Shown: positions 1 through 9,314 of the stretch, piece by piece
Layout of the letters: each line of letters starts with the position of its first letter
How positions within the stretch are numbered: the first letter of the stretch is position 1
Source: a virus
Taxonomy: Duplodnaviria > Caudoviricetes
Strand: one strand, 5' to 3'
Length of the DNA: 56,446 nt
Virus record (IMG/VR): IMGVR_UViG_3300023179_000130
Location: 1 to 56,446 of that record
Program-made: the position numbers and the translations under genes
The notes under the pieces: model-generated
Told to the model about the DNA's origin: nothing
The model's database searches: none
Seen by the model: only the letters and a program-made list of their open reading frames with translations

Positions 1-545
1 TGTTTTTTATCAAGGTTCATTCCAGAGTTCTGAATAATACAGTCAAAGTTATTCCAATCATATAAATGCTTGTCCAAAGCACACTCACTTGGTGACTTGG
101 AGTGATATGGATCTAAATCAAGTCTAATAACAAATCCACCAGCATTTTTTATAGCTTCAACCTCATTAGGAAATCTGCAATCTGCTATTATCGCTAAATC
201 TAAATTATCTCTTCTGATTCTATTTATTGTTGCATCTACCCAAACACTATTTTTAAGAGAGCGAAAAATATCTGTTCCAATAATTTCCATAGCTGCTCTG
301 GCGGTTAGTTTTTTATTATCCCAAGTCAAGTTCGTAATAGTATTTTTATCGTCATCAGTACCATAACACTGTTCATATGTCATACCTAAGATATTCATAC
401 AAATATCTTGTTTTAATGGATCAGCAAAGCTATAGATTCTATAAGATATTTTTAAACTATGTCTATCAATAATAGATTTGATATAATCTGCTGCTGTGCT
501 TTTACCAGATTGTTTTCTGCCAGAAAGAGCAATAATTTTTGTCAT
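1..545 (-). CDS. Deoxynucleoside monophosphate kinase (partial, runs off window start)
   Basis: Not in ORF track. ATG at 545 reads MTKIIALSGRKQSGKSTAA (P-loop), then YSFADPLK, R..ME..GTDIFR and IIADCRFPNE motifs of T4 gp1-like dNMP kinases. Confidence 0.85.
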   Translation of the reverse strand, partial: MTKIIALSGRKQSGKSTAADYIKSIIDRHSLKISYRIYSFADPLKQDICMNILGMTYEQCYGTDDDKNTITNLTWDNKKLTARAAMEIIGTDIFRSLKNSVWVDATINRIRRDNLDLAIIADCRFPNEVEAIKNAGGFVIRLDLDPYHSKSPSECALDKHLYDWNNFDCIIQNSGMNLDKK

Positions 546-1732
546 ATAATTTTCTCTAATGGTATTTTTATTTCGTTATTAATTTCTTCACTATTCATAT
601 CGGCTACATCATTTTTTGAAATCTGAAAATGAAATACTCTATAGGTATTTTTACATTTAGTTTTGATCTGTTCAGCCGCTTTATGACCAGCATCGTCATT
701 ATCTGTTAATATAACCACCACCATAGCTCCAGACGAATCTAATAATATTTTCTGCCTGTCGCTTAATGACGAGCCAAAAATAGCTAAACTATTATGTATA
801 CCATTTTCTTCTAATTTCCAGACGTTACCAGGACTTTCAACCAAAATAGCCACACTAGATTCTACAATAAATTTTTTAGCATACCAAAAATTATACAAAT
901 AATGGTTTATGCTGACATTAGTGCTATGTTTCCATTTAGAGTATTTCCATAATTCTTCCTCTTTGGGGCAGTCTATTATTGCACTATGAAAGTGTTTGCA
1001 AGTATTACATTTTTCAAAAATACTACGACCACTACACCCTATCATATGACTATGATCATTATTGTATATGGGCGCTACTGCTCTATTAAACATCTCCTTA
1101 TTAGGCTTATTACATAAGCCCACATCATATTTATCTAATATCTCTGGTGCAAATCCTCTATTAATAAAATATTCACAAGGCATTATTAGTGAATTTCTCA
1201 CGGTTTGTCTTGTTGGTAATGATATTGTTTGTTGATTAGGGTCTTTTGATCTTTTATCTAATATTTGGTCTATAATAGTAGAAAATTGTTTCTTTTCTTT
1301 ATCTGTTTTTGATATTTTAATATCTTTATAATTTTTGTTTAAAAAATCTAGACAAAAATTTACCGCTTCTTCAAAAGAGCACATATTATCACCATTTTTA
1401 GTCCAGCGATATTTTCTATTAGATATTACTCCTCTAACAAAACCAATAATAGATCCTTTGAAAAATTTATCACATCCATGTGTTCTACATTTCCAATTGC
1501 CTCTATAATAGTCTCCGGTATGATAAATATTAATAGCAGATATATTATCTCCATTATGAATAGGACATGACATAGTAACCATTTTACTACTATATGTATA
1601 TTCTAAATCTAATATACTTAAAAGTTCTTCGATATTATCACACAGATCATCACAAATAACCTTAAGCTTATCTTGATCATTCAAATGGGATTTGTGCTTC
1701 ATCTTCATTATTGTGTTCAATGTTTGAGTCAT
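542..1732 (-). CDS. dnaG: DNA primase, DnaG type
   Basis: CHC2 zinc finger (CPIH...WKCRTHGC), TOPRIM motifs LVESPGNV and DNDDAG; adjacent to DnaB. Confidence 0.9.
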   Translation of the reverse strand: MTQTLNTIMKMKHKSHLNDQDKLKVICDDLCDNIEELLSILDLEYTYSSKMVTMSCPIHNGDNISAINIYHTGDYYRGNWKCRTHGCDKFFKGSIIGFVRGVISNRKYRWTKNGDNMCSFEEAVNFCLDFLNKNYKDIKISKTDKEKKQFSTIIDQILDKRSKDPNQQTISLPTRQTVRNSLIMPCEYFINRGFAPEILDKYDVGLCNKPNKEMFNRAVAPIYNNDHSHMIGCSGRSIFEKCNTCKHFHSAIIDCPKEEELWKYSKWKHSTNVSINHYLYNFWYAKKFIVESSVAILVESPGNVWKLEENGIHNSLAIFGSSLSDRQKILLDSSGAMVVVILTDNDDAGHKAAEQIKTKCKNTYRVFHFQISKNDVADMNSEEINNEIKIPLEKII

Positions 1733-3158
1733 TATTAATTATAAATCCTTTGTCTCTGGGGCTATTATTATTTAATAGCTCTAATCTTGTTTGTCCCTCA
1801 ATAATTTTAGCGCACCAACCTTTCATTGTACAATTAATATAATCATTATCATCTAATCCTCCTCCATGTCTACTTACTAGGGGTAATAGTTTTCTATTAC
1901 CATTATCTGGTCCATCTTCTGCTATTTCTTCGTCCGATTTTCTCTTAAATATAGAAAAATTACTACATAACCAAATAATCCTATCCGAACCACTAGCAGT
2001 ATCTGTGCTTTCTTTTGTAATACCGTCTCTATTTAATTGTATAAATGATAAAATGGGTATCTGATATCTAACAGCAAAATTATGTAAAGCTGTCATCATA
2101 AAACCTAATACTTGATATTCTTTCATATCCTGAGAAATACCCGCACTATCCATAAGTTTTAAATAATCATAAACTATCACACATTGTTTTGCTGTACCAT
2201 CATCATTTAGTCCTACCTCTTTACAAATCCATCTACGCATAATAGCCAATTGTTCTTCAAAAGGTTTACCTGCTATAGATTTATAGAATAGCGGCGTTTC
2301 CTTTAATTTATTGGATGCTTCTAGGATTTTCAGTTTTTTATCTGGGGACTGTGCAAATTTTCCAGTTTCAATAGAATTTATTTCAATTTCTGTATTCATA
2401 GCTAATACTCTATTAATATGATCCACAGTATTCATTTCTGTATCCATATTTAATACTGGTATTTTTAGTTGATTAGCAATATAAAATCCTATATTATCTG
2501 CTAAAAGTGTTTTACCTGTTTTTGGTCTAGCAGCAATAACATTTACTGTGCCTTTTCTAAAACCGCCACCAATAGCTTTGTCATATACAGGAAAACCAGT
2601 TGGTATACCAATTTGATCAATAGTATTTTCTTCTAGGCTCTGAATATAATTATCAATATCTTTACCGACATGTATAGGATTATTATCAGTATCGTTAAGT
2701 AAAGACGAGAAATTAAATATAGCATCTTCTGCGATACCAAGAATACTAGCTATTGGCTCACTACCATTAATATCTAAGATTTTATCCTGAGCAGTTTCTA
2801 GCTGTTTGCGTAGTAGTCTTGCTATTTCTAGTTTTCTAATTTTAGCAGCAAACTTTCTGACATTCTCAAGACTAACAGGAAAATCTACAATAGCCTTTAA
2901 ATGCTGGGCCTCGTCTTTTTTAGACAAAATATTTGTAAAGCCCAGCTCTTGTCCTGTAGAATAAATTAAAGCAATATCTATTTTTGGACGACTAGAGTCT
3001 TCGCAAATTTTTTTTAAACATTGATATATGATACTATTACTATCAATAGTAAAAGTTGTATCCTGTACAATATCAGCAATATCTAAATAAGCATCTTCAC
3101 CATAAGTAATAATACCTGCCAATACTGCTCTTTCTGCCGCTGGATCACACAAAATCAT
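1677..3158 (-). CDS. dnaB: Replicative DNA helicase
   Basis: AERAVLA N-terminus, GIPTGF, Walker A AARPKTGKT, VYDYLKL, QLNR. Confidence 0.95.
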   Translation of the reverse strand: MILCDPAAERAVLAGIITYGEDAYLDIADIVQDTTFTIDSNSIIYQCLKKICEDSSRPKIDIALIYSTGQELGFTNILSKKDEAQHLKAIVDFPVSLENVRKFAAKIRKLEIARLLRKQLETAQDKILDINGSEPIASILGIAEDAIFNFSSLLNDTDNNPIHVGKDIDNYIQSLEENTIDQIGIPTGFPVYDKAIGGGFRKGTVNVIAARPKTGKTLLADNIGFYIANQLKIPVLNMDTEMNTVDHINRVLAMNTEIEINSIETGKFAQSPDKKLKILEASNKLKETPLFYKSIAGKPFEEQLAIMRRWICKEVGLNDDGTAKQCVIVYDYLKLMDSAGISQDMKEYQVLGFMMTALHNFAVRYQIPILSFIQLNRDGITKESTDTASGSDRIIWLCSNFSIFKRKSDEEIAEDGPDNGNRKLLPLVSRHGGGLDDNDYINCTMKGWCAKIIEGQTRLELLNNNSPRDKGFIINNDSNIEHNNEDEAQIPFE

Positions 3159-3167
3159 ATTATTCCT

Positions 3168-3590
3168 TTAACCGGCTTGTGTTGAACATAGATTACATTT
3201 ATATCTTTGTACAGAGTCCACTATCGATGGATTTACTTGTTCTGTTTTACCACATACTCTACATGTAACTGTTATTGGCTCAAAAGTACGATTTCTTGGA
3301 ACTGGAGGATGTTTTGAGACCTTTTGATCAAACTGTATATCTTCTTTATGCATATTTTTTTCAGGCATATCCAAAAACTTATTTTTAAATGGCTTTTTTG
3401 ACTTATTATCATTTAAAAGTTTTCTAGATTTTGTTTTGATTATACTAGAAGTTTCTTCTTCATTAGACTCCTGTGTACTAAGATTATTGTCTTTGTGAGC
3501 CGATTGCCTGTCAACAACACTTTGTAAAAGAGCAATAAGTTTTTTGATTTCGTTTGGATCAGATCCACTTAGTATATCATCAATTTCCAT
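3168..3590 (-). CDS. Hypothetical protein with C-terminal zinc ribbon
   Basis: CRVC...CNLC; sits in the replication operon. Confidence 0.6.
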   Translation of the reverse strand: MEIDDILSGSDPNEIKKLIALLQSVVDRQSAHKDNNLSTQESNEEETSSIIKTKSRKLLNDNKSKKPFKNKFLDMPEKNMHKEDIQFDQKVSKHPPVPRNRTFEPITVTCRVCGKTEQVNPSIVDSVQRYKCNLCSTQAG

Positions 3591-4101
3591 GTTTCACCTT
3601 TGTTTTTTGAACAGATAAAATGATGTCCGATAAATTTTTAATATTATTGGCTATATATGATAGTCTATCTATTCTTTGTTTAGCATACTTTTTAATATTG
3701 TTCAATGACTGAGCTTTATCATTATGCTTAATTGCTTGGTAAGATTTTTCTATATAGCCATACCCCTTATAATTATTTATTTCATCTGAAATAATCTCTT
3801 TTATTTTTTCTTCAGACCAATTATGTCTAGCTATTTCACGATTAATAGATCTTTGTAAATGAAAAGAAAACTGACCCAATCTATATGCTATTTGGGCACA
3901 ATCTTCTGGTGATAATTTTTCTATAGAATCTCTATTCATAGTCAAATAGTTATTTATTTCGTCTGATGCAAAAGAAGACGAGTATTCTGGTAGTCCTAAA
4001 TTTTGTTCATATTGATCTAGGATACTATCCCAATACTGTAATTCTTCTTTTGCTGTTTTAGCTTTGGATTCTTTTTCGCCAGTCATCGATTGATTCGTCA
4101 T
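3580..4101 (-). CDS. Helical hypothetical protein, possibly UvsY-like recombination mediator
   Basis: Coiled-coil character and position between RecA and helicase; function inferred from context only. Confidence 0.4.
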   Translation of the reverse strand: MTNQSMTGEKESKAKTAKEELQYWDSILDQYEQNLGLPEYSSSFASDEINNYLTMNRDSIEKLSPEDCAQIAYRLGQFSFHLQRSINREIARHNWSEEKIKEIISDEINNYKGYGYIEKSYQAIKHNDKAQSLNNIKKYAKQRIDRLSYIANNIKNLSDIILSVQKTKVKHGN

Positions 4102-4462
4102 ACGGTAACTCTATGTATTGAATATTATTAATTCTACACCACTCTTGTTTATCTTTATCTCTTTTTTGAGCCTTTAAAAATCCTAACATATTTGTATGAT
4201 AAAATGCCACAAACTTATAATGTTGTTCACCATGAATTTCTAAACAGAGTTTTTTTAAAGGTAAATAAAAGTCTAAAAATAAAGTTTCTGATCGTCGTAA
4301 AGGTATCGGTACTTCTTCTAAAATTTGTAGTGTTGGAAATAAACCTGTTAATAGTTCCCTAGCTTTTAAATGATAAGAAGACTTATTTTCCAAAGATCCT
4401 TTAGACATATTTCCAGTTAATTGCCAATTATGACTATTATTATCTAGATCTTTTACAAGCAT
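4058..4462 (-). CDS. PD-(D/E)xK / Vsr-like endonuclease
   Basis: FLDFYLP...LEIHGEQHY...RD..K..WC motif. Confidence 0.75.
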   Translation of the reverse strand: MLVKDLDNNSHNWQLTGNMSKGSLENKSSYHLKARELLTGLFPTLQILEEVPIPLRRSETLFLDFYLPLKKLCLEIHGEQHYKFVAFYHTNMLGFLKAQKRDKDKQEWCRINNIQYIELPYDESIDDWRKRIQS

Positions 4463-5472
4463 TTAATTCCCATAGTGGTTTTAATTGACTTGACAAGCTC
4501 TTCATAAACTTCTGGATGTTCCATTAGATAGGCTCTGATTTTTTCGGTTCCCTGAAACTTGGGCTTATCTTCTAAGGATGTTAAAGTATACCATGCTCCT
4601 CCTTTATGAATTAAGCCCATATCAGAAGCCAAATTAATAGCTTCCATTTGCTTATCAACACCACTACCATATCTAATATAACTGGTAATAGTACCACCGG
4701 GAGGCCCGAGGGCAGAACAAAGAACCTGCCACTCAATCTCTTGTCCTATTTGAGTGCTGTCGCTGCTCAGAACCCACGGTTTAAAAGTTTTGGCTCGTAG
4801 CTTGATGTCGGTTTGATAGGCAATAGCCTGACCAGACTTTTCTTTAAATTCTGCTCCATATCCTGTTGGATTGCCCATTAAATGCGTAATACCAATAACG
4901 ATATTTTTATTGACAGGAATAACATTAGCTACCTTTCGACAAAACTTAGCCAACAATTTAGCTCCGTCTGCTCTTTGCATCTTATCCATATCTGTTGTAA
5001 TCTCAGCTTCTGTACATAGTGCAGAATAGGAGTCGATGATAACTACTGATCCTGGAATTTCATTAATAATCTTTTCTGCTATCTGAAGATATTCTTCCGC
5101 ATGGAGAATCTTTCCTAGTTGAGATCCGATAACATGAAATCGCTCCAGATCTAAGCCCGGTATTCCTTCTAAATCTCGCTTTTTTAATCTGCCTTCGATA
5201 TTTAGGTAATACACTTGCCGACCATCTTTAAAAGTTCCATGAGCATATTCCATTTTCTGAGCGGTTGCACAAAAGTCTAACGATGTTGTGGTTTTACCGC
5301 ACTTGGGCTGGCCCGTTAAAACAACAAAGCTACCTTCTGGTATTCCGCCATTTAAAATAATATCTAACGATGGACTAACTGGTATGGTCATTACTTTTCT
5401 ATCTACTATAGCATTACCAGATAGAATGATGTCGTCTCCAAAACTTTTAATCACATCATCTTTAACTGTCAT
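4453..5472 (-). CDS. recA: RecA/UvsX recombinase
   Basis: LDIILNGGIPEG, Walker A GQPKCGKTT, Walker B VIIDS, GGAWY near C-terminus. Confidence 0.9.
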   Translation of the reverse strand: MTVKDDVIKSFGDDIILSGNAIVDRKVMTIPVSPSLDIILNGGIPEGSFVVLTGQPKCGKTTTSLDFCATAQKMEYAHGTFKDGRQVYYLNIEGRLKKRDLEGIPGLDLERFHVIGSQLGKILHAEEYLQIAEKIINEIPGSVVIIDSYSALCTEAEITTDMDKMQRADGAKLLAKFCRKVANVIPVNKNIVIGITHLMGNPTGYGAEFKEKSGQAIAYQTDIKLRAKTFKPWVLSSDSTQIGQEIEWQVLCSALGPPGGTITSYIRYGSGVDKQMEAINLASDMGLIHKGGAWYTLTSLEDKPKFQGTEKIRAYLMEHPEVYEELVKSIKTTMGIKCL

Positions 5473-5884
5473 TATCTATATCCTTTAGTTTTGATAAAAT
5501 GCTTTTATTAATCTTATTTATACTACCAAAAGACGGTCTATCTTTTCTTTGTATCTCTAATGATAATATTTGATTTTGAGAGTCCAAAATCTTTTGCTCT
5601 TGTTCTATTATAGGTATCAGATGAGGGGCGCGCAGAGAATAAATTTTTGAGGCAGCAGAGTTTTTTAAAGCTTTAATTATAGCAGTATCGGTATACTTTT
5701 CCAATAATTTATTAGCTGATCCTATTTGATTCCTATAATATTTGCTCCATTCTTTACTAGACCAAAATTTATAATGCAAGTCTTTTTTTAACATCCTTGC
5801 TCTGTTCTCACAAATCATTTCTGTAATATATTGGGCAGCACTAACATCCTTACCGTTTGAATACTTAGACGGATATTTTTTCAT
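5462..5884 (-). CDS. Hypothetical protein
   Basis: 140-aa ORF overlapping the recA start. Confidence 0.6.
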   Translation of the reverse strand: MKKYPSKYSNGKDVSAAQYITEMICENRARMLKKDLHYKFWSSKEWSKYYRNQIGSANKLLEKYTDTAIIKALKNSAASKIYSLRAPHLIPIIEQEQKILDSQNQILSLEIQRKDRPSFGSINKINKSILSKLKDIDNDS

Positions 5885-5905
5885 AAAAATGTATGGCTAC
5901 CATTA

Positions 5906-6247
5906 CTACCTATTATTAGGTCTATAGATATCGTTATTGGGTTTTCTAACAGATCTTTGATCTGCCTTTTTTTGAAGCTCATCGTGCATAGCGCTGGCTT
6001 CTTTAGTCATGATAGATACACTATTGGTTTTTTTAACAGCAGTTTGGTTAACCATCATATTTTTAGATTTATTTGATACAGGAGAGCTTTTGGTCTCAAT
6101 ATTATTTGTTGTTTTAGAATGTTTTTCAAGAACATTAGAAACTTGTTTGACCGTAATCTTAAGCTCATCAGCAATTTTAATAGATTCTATACTTTGTGAA
6201 TTAAGCCATAAAATAGCATATGTTTGTATTTTATTTAATTTGCTCAT
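5906..6247 (-). CDS. Hypothetical protein with N-terminal HTH-like segment
   Basis: KIADELKITVKQVSNVL pattern. Confidence 0.55.
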   Translation of the reverse strand: MSKLNKIQTYAILWLNSQSIESIKIADELKITVKQVSNVLEKHSKTTNNIETKSSPVSNKSKNMMVNQTAVKKTNSVSIMTKEASAMHDELQKKADQRSVRKPNNDIYRPNNR

Positions 6248-6621
6248 CAGATCGCCTCCCTTTCAGCATTATTAAAATAAGCTATATTTTTAGTTTTAAG
6301 AAAATTTATATAGTGTCCAAAACATTTGAAATTAACATCTCTAAATTTAACAATACTGGGATTATTATCATAAAGAGTATATTTTTTTTCTTCCCCATAA
6401 ACAGAAAGAGGATTATATAACCGACCATCTTTGGCTAGTCTAATGCTATATCTAATAGAAGAATCATCTCTAATAACTTTTTTAGCAAGAGTGTTTTTAT
6501 TAGCTGATGATGTTCTGGGATTATTTTCTTCATCTAAAAAATCCTCTAATCCAATTACACAATAAAATTCAGTTGTTGCTATAGTTTTTTTGGTATTTTG
6601 TTCAAATATAAAATCTGACAT
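6247..6621 (-). CDS. Hypothetical protein (paralog of 6991-7395)
   Basis: Shared G.EDFLD....PRT, LAK, LYNP and FLKTK motifs. Confidence 0.65.
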   Translation of the reverse strand: MSDFIFEQNTKKTIATTEFYCVIGLEDFLDEENNPRTSSANKNTLAKKVIRDDSSIRYSIRLAKDGRLYNPLSVYGEEKKYTLYDNNPSIVKFRDVNFKCFGHYINFLKTKNIAYFNNAEREAI

Positions 6622-6630
6622 TCTTTCTCC

Positions 6631-6990
6631 TTAGTTGGGCCATTTAATTTTCGGTTGTTTTTTAATTCGCGTCATACCTGATGGCAGAGGTTTTCTTTCT
6701 GCATTATCTTCTTTATACGAATTGTGTTTTTTATATAAATTTGCCTTTTGATCATCACTAAACTTATCTCGATTTCTTTTAGCCAAATCGCCTATTGTTT
6801 TTAATTCAGAATCTGTTTTTTTAATAGAAGTATTTAGACCAGATAAATCTGTAGTATAATCTCTAGAAATATTTTTTGATTCACATTTTTCACAACACAA
6901 TTTGTTTTGTTTTCTTTCATATTCTTTTATAGAAAAAATAAACTCCATTGATGTAAAGCAATCATTACAAACATAAGAATATGCTGGCAT
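6631..6990 (-). CDS. FmdB-family zinc-ribbon protein
   Basis: MPAYSYVCNDC...CEKC, matching the MP.Y.Y.C..C pattern. Confidence 0.75.
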   Translation of the reverse strand: MPAYSYVCNDCFTSMEFIFSIKEYERKQNKLCCEKCESKNISRDYTTDLSGLNTSIKKTDSELKTIGDLAKRNRDKFSDDQKANLYKKHNSYKEDNAERKPLPSGMTRIKKQPKIKWPN

Positions 6991-7395
6991 TTATGATAAT
7001 TCCTTTTGAGCAGCTTTGAGCCAATTTAAGCTTTTAGTTTTTAAAAATTCTTTATATTTATTAAATATGCTTTCTGTTACTTCGATTAAGGCCCATTCGT
7101 TTTTATATGTTTTATGCAGATGGGAGTATTCGTGTTTATTATTGTCTTGTATAGAGTGAACGGTGGTTGGATTATATAGTATTTTTAGAGGATTAGCTTT
7201 AACATAGTAACGATATTGATAATTTTTATTTGTTAGCTGACGAGATTTTTTATTTTGTATCGCTTTGGCTAAAACTATCGCTGTTTCTTTATGTGTTCTT
7301 GGATAACCTTTATCATCCAAGAAATCTTCTTTACCATGTATTGTATAATACAGATTTGTATTAATGTTATTATCGGCAATAAAGATATCTGACAT
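6991..7395 (-). CDS. Hypothetical protein (paralog of 6247-6621)
   Basis: Same shared motifs; AGAGGA RBS upstream. Confidence 0.65.
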   Translation of the reverse strand: MSDIFIADNNINTNLYYTIHGKEDFLDDKGYPRTHKETAIVLAKAIQNKKSRQLTNKNYQYRYYVKANPLKILYNPTTVHSIQDNNKHEYSHLHKTYKNEWALIEVTESIFNKYKEFLKTKSLNWLKAAQKELS

Positions 7396-7517
7396 ATTAT
7401 TCCTCTGTTTAACGATAACATCTACTATATAGTAGTAGAAAAATTAGAGCAGTCAATTTTTTTTTTATAAACGGTATCTCATTCAAACTTGATATAATAG
7501 AAAATTTTTAATTTATT

Positions 7518-8108
7518 TCAATTTGATTTTATATATATCTCCCATTCTTTGGGTATAGAAAATAATACACTATTCATAGATGATATATATTCGTTAATAA
7601 ATAAAAACTTATTAGTTTTTTTAGGCTCAGATGGTGGTGTTTTGAGTTTCATATTAGCCTGTTGAGGAGTTTTGTTTCCTTTTTTTCTATTACAGGTAAC
7701 ACATGCTGTTACTATATTTGTCCAGCATGTAGGACTACCATATTTTCTATCCCAAATTGATTTAGGAATAACATGATCATAAGTTAAATGATTTATATCT
7801 TTTTGAGATAAACAATATTGACAAGTATAATTATCTCTAATAAATAAATTTTTACGAGAAAAATTTACAACTTGATTATGAAATCTATAATACTTATTAG
7901 TTTTAATTACAGCAGGTATTTTATATTTTTTACCATTCACTCCAGATATATACTGATTCTTATAAAAATCTATAATTTCAATAGATTTTTGAGAGCTTTG
8001 TTCGTATTGAACAGACAATACTACCGCTCTTTTCCAATCAATAATACCAAATGGGGTAAAATCTGCATTAAGAACCAAGCATTTACTTTTGTGATCTTTC
8101 ATATTCAT
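7518..8108 (-). CDS. HNH endonuclease (McrA-like)
   Basis: LVLNAD N-terminus, RDNYTCQYC, TYDHVIPKS, NIVTACVTCNRKK. Confidence 0.9.
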   Translation of the reverse strand: MNMKDHKSKCLVLNADFTPFGIIDWKRAVVLSVQYEQSSQKSIEIIDFYKNQYISGVNGKKYKIPAVIKTNKYYRFHNQVVNFSRKNLFIRDNYTCQYCLSQKDINHLTYDHVIPKSIWDRKYGSPTCWTNIVTACVTCNRKKGNKTPQQANMKLKTPPSEPKKTNKFLFINEYISSMNSVLFSIPKEWEIYIKSN

Positions 8109-8808
8109 AATTATCTAGACGAGATATAATTTTGCCAATAATAGGATTTCTTACAATGTCTGAGAAATCTAGCTTTGAAACACCTATTCCCTCAATACCT
8201 TCGAGGGCCGATAGCATATCATAAAATCCTCCCTGCATATGTCTATGTAGATCAGATTGACTAACATCTCCTGTTAATACCATTTTACTATTGTTACCTA
8301 TTCTCGTTAATAACATCTTAAGTTGATCATAAGAAGCATTTTGACATTCATCTGCTACAATAAAAGCATTATGAAAATTACGTCCTCTCATCAGTCCTAA
8401 AGGAACAATCTCAATTTTATTGTTCGTTTTTAGACTAATATATTGAGCGGTTGGTATGAAGTGATTGACTTCATCTAAAAGAGGCAATAGGTATGGATGT
8501 AATTTTTCTTCTGCTGTGCCAGGAAGGTAGCCTATCTTTTCTCCTGACTCTACAACTGGGCGTGTTATGATAATTTTTTTAATTTTTTCATCCAACAAGT
8601 ATTCTAAAGCCATACCGATAGCTATGTGCGTCTTACCACTTCCTGCAACACCCTGACAAAAAGTAATAGTATTTTCTGCTATTGTTCTAATATAATCTTT
8701 TTGATTATCACTTCTGGGTTTTAGTTTATTTCTATAGGCACTCGGAATATTAAGGTCATTGGTTATGTCGATAATTTTGGGTTTTTTTTGTGAGTTTTTT
8801 TTTCTCAA
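8083..8808 (-). CDS. phoH: PhoH-family ATPase
   Basis: GVAGSGKT, IGYLPG, MRGRNF, DECQN, LTRIG, GDVSQSD; TTG start. Confidence 0.95.
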   Translation of the reverse strand: MRKKNSQKKPKIIDITNDLNIPSAYRNKLKPRSDNQKDYIRTIAENTITFCQGVAGSGKTHIAIGMALEYLLDEKIKKIIITRPVVESGEKIGYLPGTAEEKLHPYLLPLLDEVNHFIPTAQYISLKTNNKIEIVPLGLMRGRNFHNAFIVADECQNASYDQLKMLLTRIGNNSKMVLTGDVSQSDLHRHMQGGFYDMLSALEGIEGIGVSKLDFSDIVRNPIIGKIISRLDNYEYERSQK

Positions 8809-8843
8809 GGAGTACCCTTTACTTATAGAGTATTATGCTAATC

Positions 8844-8861
8844 TCTATTATAATATACACC
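8844..8861 (-). promoter_or_regulatory. GGTGTA-type putative phage promoter upstream of phoH
   Basis: Minus strand GGTGTA-TATTATA-ATAG; the motif recurs in intergenic gaps across the window. Confidence 0.5.
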
Positions 8862-8880
8862 TACTATGTTATTTATATTA

Positions 8881-9309
8881 TTATTTAATTCCACTAGAAC
8901 CAAAACCATAAAATGACCTATTACTATCTTGCAAATCTTGAGTTTCTACAAACTCAAAATTATAATGCTGTTCAAAAATAATTTGAGCAATTCGATCTCC
9001 TTTATTAATTTCAAAACTTTGATTTTTATCAGTATTATACAATAGAACGCCTATTTCTCCTCTATAGCCACTATCTACAACACCCGCTAAAACATCAATA
9101 CCATTTTTAACAGCCAAACCTGATCTGGGAGCAATTCGACCATAATATCCATCAGGAATTTCTAAACTTATTCCCGTTTTGATTAATAGTCTTGATTGTG
9201 GTAATATTATAGTGTTTTCCAAAGAATATAGGTCTGCACCAGCATCTGTTTGATTGTTTCTAAGTGGAATTTTCGCATCAGCGTGTAATTTTTTTATTTT
9301 TACTATCAT
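8881..9309 (-). CDS. dut: Trimeric dUTPase
   Basis: AGADL, PRSGLA, GVVDSGYRGEI, GDRIAQ, GFGSSG. Confidence 0.97.
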   Translation of the reverse strand: MIVKIKKLHADAKIPLRNNQTDAGADLYSLENTIILPQSRLLIKTGISLEIPDGYYGRIAPRSGLAVKNGIDVLAGVVDSGYRGEIGVLLYNTDKNQSFEINKGDRIAQIIFEQHYNFEFVETQDLQDSNRSFYGFGSSGIK

Positions 9310-9314
9310 ATATA

